Positions 40,000-48,947 of a stretch of DNA of 49,156 nucleotides are shown piece by piece; within the stretch, counting starts at the first letter, position 1; each line of letters starts with the position of its first letter. The DNA lies in the NCBI GenBank assembly GCA_050186955.1, contig JBFWXZ010000001.1, positions 1 to 49,156 of the forward strand, given 5' to 3'. The translations under genes were made by a program, and so were the position numbers. Origin of the DNA: Flavobacteriaceae bacterium (GTDB taxonomy: Bacteria > Pseudomonadota > Alphaproteobacteria > Rhizobiales > Tepidamorphaceae). The notes under the pieces are model-generated. The model made no database searches. It saw only the letters and a program-made list of their open reading frames with translations, and was not told the origin of the DNA.

Positions 40000-41898
40000 T
40001 CAGCCCCGGCCGGCGGCGGCGATGACGTTGCTTTCCTGCTTCGTGTCGTCGATGAGCTGCGCCCGGTGCAGCCGCGCATAGGCTCCCTTGCGCCGCACCA
40101 GCTCGGCATGCGTCCCGCGCTCCACGACGCGGCCCTTGTCGAGCACGAGGATCATGTCGGCGTTGCGCACCGTCGACAGCCGGTGCGCGATCATCAGCAC
40201 CGTCTTGCCGACGATCAGGTGGTCGAGCGCCTCCTGGATCAGCGCCTCGGATTCGCTGTCGAGCGCGCTGGTCGGCTCGTCGAGCAGCAGGATCGGCGCG
40301 TCGCGCAGCATCGCCCGGGCGATGGCGATGCGCTGCCGCTGGCCGCCGGAAAGCCGCATGCCGGCCTCGCCGACGCGGGTCTCGTAGCCGTTCGGCAGCG
40401 CCATGATGAAATCATGCGCCACCGCCGCACGGGCCGCCGCCTCGACCGCCTCGTCGCTGGCGGTCTCGCTGCCATAGGCGATGTTGTTGCGCACCGTGTC
40501 GTCGAACAGGAACGGCTCCTGGGTGACCAGCGCGCAGGCCTGGCGGACGCTGGAGATCGTGTAGTCGCGGATGTTCTGGCCGTCGAAGCGGATGGCGCCG
40601 CTGGTCGGGTCGTAGAAGCGCAGCAGCAGGTTCATCACCGTGCTCTTGCCGGCGCCGCTGGCGCCGACCAGCGCCACCTTGCGGCCCGCCGGAATGTCGA
40701 AGCTCATCTCGCGCAGCACCGGCACGCCCGTCTCATAGGCGAAGCTGACCTCGTCGAAGGCGATCGCGCCCTTCGGCCGCGGCAGCGGCTTCGCGCCGGG
40801 CTTCTCGGTGACCTTCGGCGACTCGTCGAGGATCGTGAAGACGCGCCCGGCGGCGGCGACGCCGACCTGCAGCGAGGTCTGCAGCGAGGCCAGCGCGCGC
40901 ATCGGCTGGTAGATCAGCAGGGCGGCGGCGACGAAGCCGGTGAAGTCGCCGAGCGTCATCGTGCCGGCCTGCCCGCGATAGCCGCCATACATGATCGCCG
41001 CCGCGAAGCCGAAGCCGGTCAGCGCCTCGGTCATCGGACCCGACGCTGTCGCCGTGCGCACCGAGCGCATGACATATTCGTTGGCGCGGTCGATGACGTC
41101 GCCGATCCGCTGCGTCTCCGCCTTCTCGCGGTCGTAGGCCTTGACCACCCGGATGCCGGAAAGCGCCTGGGTGATGAGCTGGCCCATGTCGCCGGATTCC
41201 GCCATCGCCTTGCGCGAGGTGTCGAAGATACGGCCGCGATGGCGGCCGAGCATCAGCACCGCGAAGGGGATGGCGCAGATGGCGAGCAGCGCCAGCTTCC
41301 AGTCCAGATAGAACATCGCGCCGATGAGGAAGAGCGCCTTGAGCACGTTCTTGGCCATCGAGACGAGGCTGAGGCCGGCGGCGTCCTTGATCGCCCCGAC
41401 GTCGCCCATGAAGGCCATGACGTAGCGCCCGGAATGGTTGAGCTGGAGCCAGCCGAGATCGGCCTGCATCAGCGTTCCGATCAGCTTCTTGCGCAGATCG
41501 GCGACGATCTGGATGCCGATATAGGCCTCCGTCACCATCGAGGCGTATTCGGCCGCGGCTTTGACCGCCATGATGATGATGATGGCGAGCGGCACCACGG
41601 TCAGCATCGCGGTGTTCTTGTGCAGGATGATCTGGTCGGCGGAGATCTTCAGCACGATGGGGATGGCGCTCGTCGCCGCCGCCACCAGCGCCATCGAGAC
41701 CATGCTGGCGGCCAGCAGCGCCTTGTTGGGCCACAGATAGTCCCGGATCATCAGCCGGAGCAGCGCGCGCGTCTCGACGACCTTCTCGCCGAGGCCGTCA
41801 TTGCCGCGGTCGATTTCCTTCCGGGTCTTGAAGATCTTCTCGTACAAACCGCGGGCGCTCCTTCGCGCAACCTCGTGCAGCGCTTCCTTTAGCGGCAT
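40000..41898 (-). CDS. ABC exporter, fused permease/ATPase (MsbA-like lipid A flippase candidate)
   Basis: Six-TM ABC_membrane domain, Walker A GASGAGKST, signature LSGGQRQR and Walker B ILLLDE. It lies 9 nt upstream of DUF374-waaA-lpxK. Confidence 0.9.
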   Translation of the reverse strand: MPLKEALHEVARRSARGLYEKIFKTRKEIDRGNDGLGEKVVETRALLRLMIRDYLWPNKALLAASMVSMALVAAATSAIPIVLKISADQIILHKNTAMLTVVPLAIIIIMAVKAAAEYASMVTEAYIGIQIVADLRKKLIGTLMQADLGWLQLNHSGRYVMAFMGDVGAIKDAAGLSLVSMAKNVLKALFLIGAMFYLDWKLALLAICAIPFAVLMLGRHRGRIFDTSRKAMAESGDMGQLITQALSGIRVVKAYDREKAETQRIGDVIDRANEYVMRSVRTATASGPMTEALTGFGFAAAIMYGGYRGQAGTMTLGDFTGFVAAALLIYQPMRALASLQTSLQVGVAAAGRVFTILDESPKVTEKPGAKPLPRPKGAIAFDEVSFAYETGVPVLREMSFDIPAGRKVALVGASGAGKSTVMNLLLRFYDPTSGAIRFDGQNIRDYTISSVRQACALVTQEPFLFDDTVRNNIAYGSETASDEAVEAAARAAVAHDFIMALPNGYETRVGEAGMRLSGGQRQRIAIARAMLRDAPILLLDEPTSALDSESEALIQEALDHLIVGKTVLMIAHRLSTVRNADMILVLDKGRVVERGTHAELVRRKGAYARLHRAQLIDDTKQESNVIAAAGRG

Positions 41899-42000
41899 GC
41901 CGGGCCCGTGTCACCACCGCCCGCAGCTAAAGAAACAATTGTGTTTTCGCCGTGGTCGGGCCTGGTGCCGGACCTTGTGTCGGACCTGCCGTCACGGCAG

Positions 42001-42243
42001 TCAGCCGGCGTCGGTTTCCGGGTCCAGCAGGCGATGCATGTGGACGATGAAGTAGCGCATATGCGCATTGTCCACGCTGGCCTGCGCCGCCCCCTTCCAG
42101 GCGTCGTAGGCGGTCTTGTAGTTGGGATAGATGCCGACCACGTCCAACTCCGCCAGGTCGCGGAAGCGGATTTTCCCGACATCCTCGAGCTCGCCGCCGA
42201 ACACCAGGTGCAGAAGCTGCTGCTCGTTCTCCTTGCCGCTCAT
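42001..42243 (-). CDS. small conserved protein, DUF4170-like
   Basis: 80 aa. Its ATG overlaps the stop of the IMPase-family gene (ATGA at 42240-42243). The family name is from recall. Confidence 0.68.
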   Translation of the reverse strand: MSGKENEQQLLHLVFGGELEDVGKIRFRDLAELDVVGIYPNYKTAYDAWKGAAQASVDNAHMRYFIVHMHRLLDPETDAG

Positions 42244-43043
42244 CTCGATCTCCGGCGCGATTGGGTCTCGGCGCTGTCGCCGCCGAGAAAATCCACGATT
42301 CCCGCGCTGCCGGCAAGGATGGGCGGCTGGCGCACCGAGCGCGCGTTGAGCAGCAGCGGCGATCCGTCGCGCCGCTCGACCACCCCGCCGGCCTCCTCGA
42401 CCAGCAGCATCGCCGCCGCCAGGTCCCAGTCGCGGCAGTGGCCGGAGGTGACGGTGGCGTCGAACTCGCCGGCGGCGACGCGCGCGAAGCGATAGGCCAG
42501 CGAGGCGACGTAGCGGCGGTCGAAGACGACCCCGCCGCCGGCCGCGGGCAGGCCCTCCAGGGCGCTTTTCGACGAGGCGATGCGGACCGCGCCGCCGCGA
42601 TGCTCGGCGATCGCCAGCGGATCGCCGTTGAGCAGCGTCCCGCCGCCGCGCCGCGCCTCGTAGAATTCCTCGCGCACCGGATTGTAGACGACGCCGCTAC
42701 GCGCGCTGTTGCCGGTGACGATGCCGATCGCGATGCACCATTCGTCGCGGCCCGCGAGGAAGGAGCGGGTGCCGTCGATCGGGTCGACCACGAAGACGTG
42801 CTCGCGGCTCAGCCGCTCCTCGTTGTCGGCGCTCTCCTCCGACAGCCAGCCGAAATCCGGCCGCGCGCCGGTCAGCGTCTCCTTCAGAAAGGCGTCGACG
42901 GCCAGGTCGGCCTCGCTGACCGGGGAATCGTCCTCCTTTGTCCAGCTCCGCGGATCGCGCGAGAAATAGCGCATGGCGATGGCGCCGGCCTCGCGGGCGG
43001 CGGCGCCGAGCAGCGCCAGATCGGCGTCCTCACGCGCCGGCAA
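42240..43043 (-). CDS. inositol monophosphatase family protein (CysQ/SuhB-like phosphatase)
   Basis: EADLAVD, VVDPIDGT and WD.AA motifs. TTG start at 43043 overlaps pmbA by 14 nt. Start uncertain. Confidence 0.85.
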   Translation of the reverse strand: MPAREDADLALLGAAAREAGAIAMRYFSRDPRSWTKEDDSPVSEADLAVDAFLKETLTGARPDFGWLSEESADNEERLSREHVFVVDPIDGTRSFLAGRDEWCIAIGIVTGNSARSGVVYNPVREEFYEARRGGGTLLNGDPLAIAEHRGGAVRIASSKSALEGLPAAGGGVVFDRRYVASLAYRFARVAAGEFDATVTSGHCRDWDLAAAMLLVEEAGGVVERRDGSPLLLNARSVRQPPILAGSAGIVDFLGGDSAETQSRRRSR

Positions 43044-44406
43044 TCGTCATCTCCCCGGCCGCCAGCGTCGGGCAGACGACCCGTTCGCGCGGATCGGCGT
43101 CGTTCGCCGGCTCCAGCGCCATCAGCATGTCGGCGAGGTTGCCGGCGATGGTGATCTCGTTGACCGGATAGGCGATCTCGCCGTCCTCGAACCAGAAGCC
43201 GCCGGCGCCGCGGCTGTAGTCGCCATTGATGATGTTGGCGCCGCGGCCCATGAGTTGCGTCACCAGCAGGCCGCGCCCGGCCCTGCGCATCAGCGCGGCG
43301 GGCGATTCGGTTCCCTGCCGTACGATCACGTTGCTCGGCGAGGGCGAGGGATGGCCGCCGGTGCCGCGCGCCGCCCGGCCGTTCGTCGTGAGATCGAGCT
43401 CGCGCGCGCTCGCCAACTCACGTGCGCTCGCCAGGTCGAGCAGCCAGCTCGCGAGCACGCCGTTGTCGACGAGCTTGATGGCGCCGGCGCTCATCCCCAC
43501 GCCGTCGAAGGGCCGCGAGCCGGGTCCGCGCGGGACGAAGGGGTCGTCGGCGATGTCGATGGCGGCGGCCGCGACCGTTTCCCCCATGCGCTCGGCGAGG
43601 AAGGACGACTTGCGGGCGATCGCCGCGCCGTTGATGGCGCCGAGCAGATGCCCGATCAGCGACGAGGCGACGCGCTGGTCGAAGATCACCGGCGCCTGCA
43701 TCGAGGCGAGCTTGCGGGCGCCGGCGCGCATCGTCGTGCGCTCGCCGGCGCGCCTGCCGACCGTCTCGGGGTCGTCGAGGTCGGCGAAATGGCGCGCCGC
43801 CGTCCAGTCGTAGTCGCGTTCCAGCGCGCTGCCGTCGCCGGCGATGGCGGTGACCGAGAGCCCGTGCCGGGTACCGGAATGGGAGCCGACGAAGCCCGCC
43901 GAGGTTGCGAGCGCCACGCCGGAGGCCGACCACGAGGCCGCCGCGCCGCCTGCCCGGGTGACGCCGTCGACCGCCAGCGCCGCCTTCTCCGCCGCCCGCG
44001 CCCGTGCCGCCAGCATGTCGGAATCGACCGCCGTCTCCGTGTCGGCGAGGTCGAGGTCGCCGCCGAAGGGCCGGTCCGGCGTTTCCGATATTCCCGCGAA
44101 CGGGTTTTCCGGGGCCAGCTTCGCCATGGCGACGGCGCGCTCGACCAGCCGGTCGTAGTCGCGCGTGTCGAGGCTGGTCGTCGAGACGATGGCGCTGCGC
44201 CTGCCGACGAAGACCCGCAGGCCGATGTCGACCGCCTCGTTCTGGGTCGCCTGCTCGACTTCGCCGTTCAGGATCGAGGCGGAGAGCGAGACTCCCTGCA
44301 CGGCGAGCGCGTCGGCGCTGTCGGCGCCGGCGCGGCGCGCGGCCTCGACGATCGACTGCGCCCGGCGGCGCAGCACGGCCTCATCGATCAGGTCGGCATT
44401 CATCAA
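43030..44406 (-). CDS. pmbA: TldD/PmbA family metalloprotease component
   Basis: 458 aa with PmbA_TldD N-terminal and C-terminal blocks (GDYSRGAGGFWFEDGEIAYPV). Confidence 0.88.
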   Translation of the reverse strand: MMNADLIDEAVLRRRAQSIVEAARRAGADSADALAVQGVSLSASILNGEVEQATQNEAVDIGLRVFVGRRSAIVSTTSLDTRDYDRLVERAVAMAKLAPENPFAGISETPDRPFGGDLDLADTETAVDSDMLAARARAAEKAALAVDGVTRAGGAAASWSASGVALATSAGFVGSHSGTRHGLSVTAIAGDGSALERDYDWTAARHFADLDDPETVGRRAGERTTMRAGARKLASMQAPVIFDQRVASSLIGHLLGAINGAAIARKSSFLAERMGETVAAAAIDIADDPFVPRGPGSRPFDGVGMSAGAIKLVDNGVLASWLLDLASARELASARELDLTTNGRAARGTGGHPSPSPSNVIVRQGTESPAALMRRAGRGLLVTQLMGRGANIINGDYSRGAGGFWFEDGEIAYPVNEITIAGNLADMLMALEPANDADPRERVVCPTLAAGEMTIAGA

Positions 44407-44601
44407 GGGCGGGTATCTCCGGGGAAGGCGCGGCCCGGGCGGATTCGCGAGGCGCGCGCAAGCAATCGTTTACGCTGTAGCGACGAAACCGGCGATTAAC
44501 CAGCTTCCTTAAGCCGATCGGGCAAACCGCTCTGGCATGATCGCCCCACGTTACGAAGCCCGCGACAAAAAACAAGCGGGCGCGAGACAGACGAGGGAAT
44601 T

Positions 44602-45186
44602 ATGGGGCGTCAGACCATGCTTCGCGGGAGCGATCCCGCATGCGCCTTCGTGCGCGAACAGGAAACCGCCGTGCAGCCGGCAGGCCGCGAATCCATCGCC
44701 CTGCCGGCCCGGCTCGATCTCTCCGACAGGGCGATGAGCGCGACCATCGACCGCGGCCGCGTCGTCTTCCGGCGCGGCGGCGAGGGCCGTCCGCCGCTCT
44801 ACATCACGGTGCCGCTGTCGAGCTATCGCGGCGTCGTGCTGACCCGCACCGGCGAGGAGGGTGCCGAGCGCCTGGCGCTGGTGCTGCGCCACGCCAATGG
44901 CGAGCTCGACCTGCCGCTGCTCGACACCGACAATGACGACGACATCGTCGCCGACTGGCAGGCCTGGGCAAGCGTGCTCGGCTGCCGCCCGCTGATCGAG
45001 GATGCCGATGGCACCCTGACCGATCCGTGGGATCGCTTCGGCGGGCTCGTCGTGTCGCGGCCGCGAGCGCGCCGCGCCAACGCCTTCTTCCGCCAGCGCC
45101 GCCCGAGGAAGCTGATGACCCGCCAGGTCGGCGGCGAGCCGGTCGGCTGCGTGCGCGGCGAGCGCGAGATCATCGCCCGCGACTGA
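44602..45186 (+). CDS. hypothetical conserved protein (possibly DUF6101-like)
   Basis: 194-aa ORF with GAGGGA 4 nt before the ATG and G/C-rich third codon positions. It has an acidic DTDNDDDIVADW stretch. No motif recognised; the family name is a weak recollection. Confidence 0.55.
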   Translation: MGRQTMLRGSDPACAFVREQETAVQPAGRESIALPARLDLSDRAMSATIDRGRVVFRRGGEGRPPLYITVPLSSYRGVVLTRTGEEGAERLALVLRHANGELDLPLLDTDNDDDIVADWQAWASVLGCRPLIEDADGTLTDPWDRFGGLVVSRPRARRANAFFRQRRPRKLMTRQVGGEPVGCVRGEREIIARD

Positions 45187-45195
45187 GGCCGCCTG

Positions 45196-46125
45196 TCAGA
45201 AGAGCGCCTCCAGGCACAGGCCGGCGAACAGGATCAGCCCGTAGTCGCGATTGGAGCGGAACAGCTTCAGCGACACCGCGCCGTCGTCGGGGTCGAAGCG
45301 CCTGACCTGCCAGACCATGTGGGCGGTCGCGGCCGCAAGCCCCGCGAAGGCGATGGCGCCGCCGCCGGCGAGCCATATCGCCACCGCGAAGAGGGCGGTG
45401 GCGGCGGCGAAGAACAGCCCGACATAGAAGGGCGCGCGGTCGCCGAACAGCCGCGCCGTGGAGCGCACGCCGATCAGCGCGTCGTCCTCCTTGTCCTGCG
45501 CGGCGTAGAGCGTGTCGTAGCCGATGGTCCAGCAGATGCCGCCGGCGTAGAGCACCAGCGGCGCCGCGTCGAGCCGCCCGAAGGCCGCCGCCCAGCCCAT
45601 CAGCGCGCCCCACGAGAAGGCGATGCCGAGGAAGAATTGCGGCCACCACGTCACCCGCTTCATCAGCGGGTAGACGGCGACGGTGGCGAGCGAGGCGATG
45701 CCGAGCAGGATGGCGAAGCCGTTGAACTGGACGAGCACCAGCAGCCCCGCCAGCGCCTGCAGGAGAAGGAAGGCCAGCGTCTGCCGGAGCGTCACCGCGC
45801 CCGAGGGCAGCGGCCTGACGGCGGTGCGCGCCACCTTCGCGTCGATGTCGCGGTCGACGATGTCGTTGTAGGTGCAGCCCGCGCCGCGCATCGCGATAGC
45901 GCCGATCAGGAACAGCGCCAGGTGCCAGACATTGGGGAAGCCCGAGCCGGCGGAGACGGCCGCCAGCGCCGACGACCACCAGCATTGCAGCAGCAGCAGC
46001 CACCAGCCGATCGGCCGGTCCCAGCGCGCCAGCCGGCCGTAGGGCTTGAGCCAGTCGGGGGCAAGCGTGTCGAAGATGTTGCCGGGCGGGGCGTCCGGCT
46101 GCGTCGCGGTGCGGCTGTCGGTCAT
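45196..46125 (-). CDS. ubiA: 4-hydroxybenzoate polyprenyltransferase
   Basis: 309 aa. The NDIVDRDIDAKV (NDxxDxxxD) motif, a second Asp-rich YAAQDKEDD block and a multi-TM body. Track ORF 45196..47079 trimmed to the ATG at 46125. Confidence 0.92.
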   Translation of the reverse strand: MTDSRTATQPDAPPGNIFDTLAPDWLKPYGRLARWDRPIGWWLLLLQCWWSSALAAVSAGSGFPNVWHLALFLIGAIAMRGAGCTYNDIVDRDIDAKVARTAVRPLPSGAVTLRQTLAFLLLQALAGLLVLVQFNGFAILLGIASLATVAVYPLMKRVTWWPQFFLGIAFSWGALMGWAAAFGRLDAAPLVLYAGGICWTIGYDTLYAAQDKEDDALIGVRSTARLFGDRAPFYVGLFFAAATALFAVAIWLAGGGAIAFAGLAAATAHMVWQVRRFDPDDGAVSLKLFRSNRDYGLILFAGLCLEALF

Positions 46126-46176
46126 GGCGGCGCGACGATAGACGAGGCCCCGGCGAATTGCGAGATTGCGCGGACG

Positions 46177-46902
46177 ATGAGCGAGAAGACACACCCGCGC
46201 CTCCACGTCACCGCCGATCTCGGCGGCGGCGTCGTGCTGGAAGGCCCGCAGGCGCATTACGTCGCCAACGTCATGCGCCGGCGCGCCGGCGACGACCTGC
46301 TGCTGTTCAACGGCCGCGACGGCGAGTGGCGCTACCGGGTCGCCGGCGTCTCCCGCAAGGCGGTGGAGGCCGAGGCCGCCGAACGCACGCGCGAGCAGGC
46401 CGAGCCCGGCGACGTCGAGCTGCTCTTCGCGCCGCTCAAGAAGGCGCGCACCGACTATCTCGCCCAGAAGGCGACCGAGCTCGGCGCCTCGCGCCTGTCG
46501 CCGGTGATGACGCGGCGCACCGTCGCCGAGCGGGTGAAGGCCGAGCGGCTCGCCGCCAATGCCGTCGAGGCGGCGGAGCAGTGCGGCCTGCTCTGGGTGC
46601 CGGAGATCGCCGAGCCGCGCCCTCTCGACAGGGTGCTGGCGGAGTGGCCGGAAGGCCGCGCGCTGGTCTTCTGCGACGAGAGCCACGCCCCGGAAAGCCC
46701 GGTCGAGCGGCTCGGCCTCGTCGGCCGGCGGTCGGTTTCCGTGCTGATCGGGCCGGAGGGCGGCTTCGCGCCGGACGAGGCCGAGGCGATCCGCCGGCTG
46801 CCCGGCGCCCACGCCATCTCGCTCGGGCCGCGCATCATGCGCGCCGACACCGCGGCGGTCGCGGCGCTGACGCTCGTGCAGGCGATTTGCGGCGACTGGT
46901 GA
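46177..46902 (+). CDS. rsmE: 16S rRNA (uracil1498-N3)-methyltransferase RsmE
   Basis: 241 aa with the HY..NV.R, LIGPEGGF and LGPRI.RA.TA blocks. Track ORF 45319..46902 trimmed to the ATG at 46177. Confidence 0.9.
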   Translation: MSEKTHPRLHVTADLGGGVVLEGPQAHYVANVMRRRAGDDLLLFNGRDGEWRYRVAGVSRKAVEAEAAERTREQAEPGDVELLFAPLKKARTDYLAQKATELGASRLSPVMTRRTVAERVKAERLAANAVEAAEQCGLLWVPEIAEPRPLDRVLAEWPEGRALVFCDESHAPESPVERLGLVGRRSVSVLIGPEGGFAPDEAEAIRRLPGAHAISLGPRIMRADTAAVAALTLVQAICGDW

Positions 46903-47053
46903 TCGTCGCCGCCTTTCAAGGGCGGGCGGGGCGATTCCGCGCGCATGCGCCGCATGCTCCCGCGCGGCTTGAACGCGCCGCCGTTTCGTGGTCAACGACT
47001 CCCGCAAGCGATGCCGCACGATTGACGGGGCCTTGGACAGCGGATGAGCGACC

Positions 47054-48427
47054 GTGGCGCGTGACGAGACCGATTCCACGCCGATAGAGGGCCGCGACGA
47101 GCTCGTCGCCTATCTCGAGGCCGGCTGCAAGCCCGAGTCGCGCTGGCGCATCGGCACCGAGCACGAGAAGTTCGGCTTCTATCTCGCCGACCACGCGCCG
47201 GTCCCCTATGAGGGCCCGCGCGGTGTCCGCGCCATTCTCGAGAACATGCAGGCGCTGCTCGGCTGGGAGCCGATCACCGACCACGGCAACATCATCGGCC
47301 TGCTCGATCCCGTCGCCGGCGGCGCGATCTCGCTGGAGCCGGGCGGCCAGTTCGAGCTTTCCGGTGCGCCGCTCGAGACCATCCACCACACCTGCCGCGA
47401 GGTGCACGCCCATCTGGCCCAGGTGCGCGAGGTCGCCGAGCCCCTCGGCATCGGCTTCATCGGCCTCGGTTTCTCGCCCAAATGGACACGCGCCGAGACG
47501 CCGGCGATGCCCAAGGCGCGCTACCGCATCATGACCGACTACATGCCGAAGGTCGGCACCCGCGGCCTCGACATGATGTACCGCACCTGCACGGTGCAGG
47601 TTAATCTCGACTTCGCCAGCGAAGCCGACATGGTCAAGAAGATGCGCGTCGGCCTCGCGCTGCAACCGATCGCCACCGCGCTCTTCGCCAACTCGCCCTT
47701 CGTCGAGGGAAAGCCCTCCGGCTTCCTGTCGACGCGCGGGGAGGTCTGGCGCGACGTCGACAATAACCGCGCCGGCATGCTGCCCTTCGTCTTCGAGGAC
47801 GGCTTCGGCTTCGAGCGCTATGTCGACTATGTGCTCGACGTGCCGATGTATTTCATCAAGCGCGGCGACACCTATCACGACGTCGCCGGCTCCTCCTTCC
47901 GCGACCTGATGGCCGCCCGCCACCCGGCGATGCCGGGCGAGAAGCCGTTCCGCTCCGACTGGATCAACCACCTCTCGACGATCTTCCCCGAGGTCCGCCT
48001 CAAGCGCTTCATCGAGATGCGCGGGGCCGACGGCGGTCCGTGGCGGGAGCTCTGTGCGCTGCCGGCCTTCTGGGTCGGCCTGCTCTATGACGCGGCGGCG
48101 CTGGACGCGGCGTGGGAGCTGGTGCGCGACTGGACGGCGGAGGAGCGCCAGAAGCTGCGCGACGACGTGCCGGCGCTCGCCCTCGACGCGCCGTTCCGCG
48201 ACACCACCGCGCGCGAGATCGCCCGCGAGGTGCTGAAGATCGCCCGCGCCGGCCTCGTCGCCCGCAATCGCCGTTACGCCTGCGGCGACGACGATGAATC
48301 GCATTTCCTCGACGCCCTCGACGAGATCGTCGCCACCGGCAAGACGCGCGCGCAGACCCTCCTCGACGCCTATCACGGGCGCTGGAACGGGGACATCGAC
48401 CGGGTCTTCGAGGAAGAGGCGTACTGA
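47054..48427 (+). CDS. gshA: glutamate--cysteine ligase, plant/alphaproteobacterial (GCS2) type
   Basis: 457 aa. The WRIGTEHEKFGF, ISLEPGGQFELSGAP and IFPEVRLKRFIEMRGAD blocks. GTG start at 47054. Confidence 0.92.
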   Translation: MARDETDSTPIEGRDELVAYLEAGCKPESRWRIGTEHEKFGFYLADHAPVPYEGPRGVRAILENMQALLGWEPITDHGNIIGLLDPVAGGAISLEPGGQFELSGAPLETIHHTCREVHAHLAQVREVAEPLGIGFIGLGFSPKWTRAETPAMPKARYRIMTDYMPKVGTRGLDMMYRTCTVQVNLDFASEADMVKKMRVGLALQPIATALFANSPFVEGKPSGFLSTRGEVWRDVDNNRAGMLPFVFEDGFGFERYVDYVLDVPMYFIKRGDTYHDVAGSSFRDLMAARHPAMPGEKPFRSDWINHLSTIFPEVRLKRFIEMRGADGGPWRELCALPAFWVGLLYDAAALDAAWELVRDWTAEERQKLRDDVPALALDAPFRDTTAREIAREVLKIARAGLVARNRRYACGDDDESHFLDALDEIVATGKTRAQTLLDAYHGRWNGDIDRVFEEEAY

Positions 48428-48507
48428 GCTGCCGGCGGCCTGCGGGCAGGGCTCCGCACGGTCACCAGCATCTTGTCGCAATTACTAAAAACCGATGAAT
48501 CCAGCTT

Positions 48508-48550
48508 TGCCATGGTGCATGGCAGCATGAGAAATTGTGCATAGCACAAT
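48508..48550. promoter_or_regulatory. pair of 17-bp palindromes (7-3-7) in a low-GC island upstream of the DUF1127 gene
   Basis: TGCCATG-GTG-CATGGCA at 48508-48524 and ATTGTGC-ATA-GCACAAT at 48534-48550, with centres 26 bp apart. They lie about 100-140 nt upstream of the ATG at 48651. Confidence 0.4.
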
Positions 48551-48650
48551 CGGACCCGAATGCGCATATAAGCATCGCACCGCAACGAACGCCCGAACGG
48601 CGCCGGGGCGGTGATTTCCGAAACGCCTTACGACTTCCAAGGAGACGGTC

Positions 48651-48905
48651 ATGGCAATGTTGATTATGAACGGCGCTGCCGTCCGCAACCCGGCTGGCGT
48701 CCCGGCCTTCATCTATCGCGTCGTTTCGTTCTTCGAGAACGTGCGGGTCGCCATTGCGCGTCGCCGCGAGATCGCGAACCTGGCGAGCATGTCCGACTAC
48801 ATGCTGGCCGATATGGGCCTGACGCGCGGTTCCGTGAATGCTGCGCTCGACACCCCGTTCTGGCAGGATCCCTCCGAGATCCTGGCGAATTCCCGCGTCC
48901 GCTAA
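48651..48905 (+). CDS. DUF1127 domain-containing small protein
   Basis: 84 aa. The C-proximal block RRREIANLASMSDYMLADMGLTRG matches the DUF1127 signature (L..LSD..L.D.GL.R). AAGGAGA SD lies 6 nt before the ATG. Confidence 0.75.
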   Translation: MAMLIMNGAAVRNPAGVPAFIYRVVSFFENVRVAIARRREIANLASMSDYMLADMGLTRGSVNAALDTPFWQDPSEILANSRVR

Positions 48906-48947
48906 TGCGGCGTGAAAAGACCGGTCGCGGTTCGAAGGGCTAGCCCC

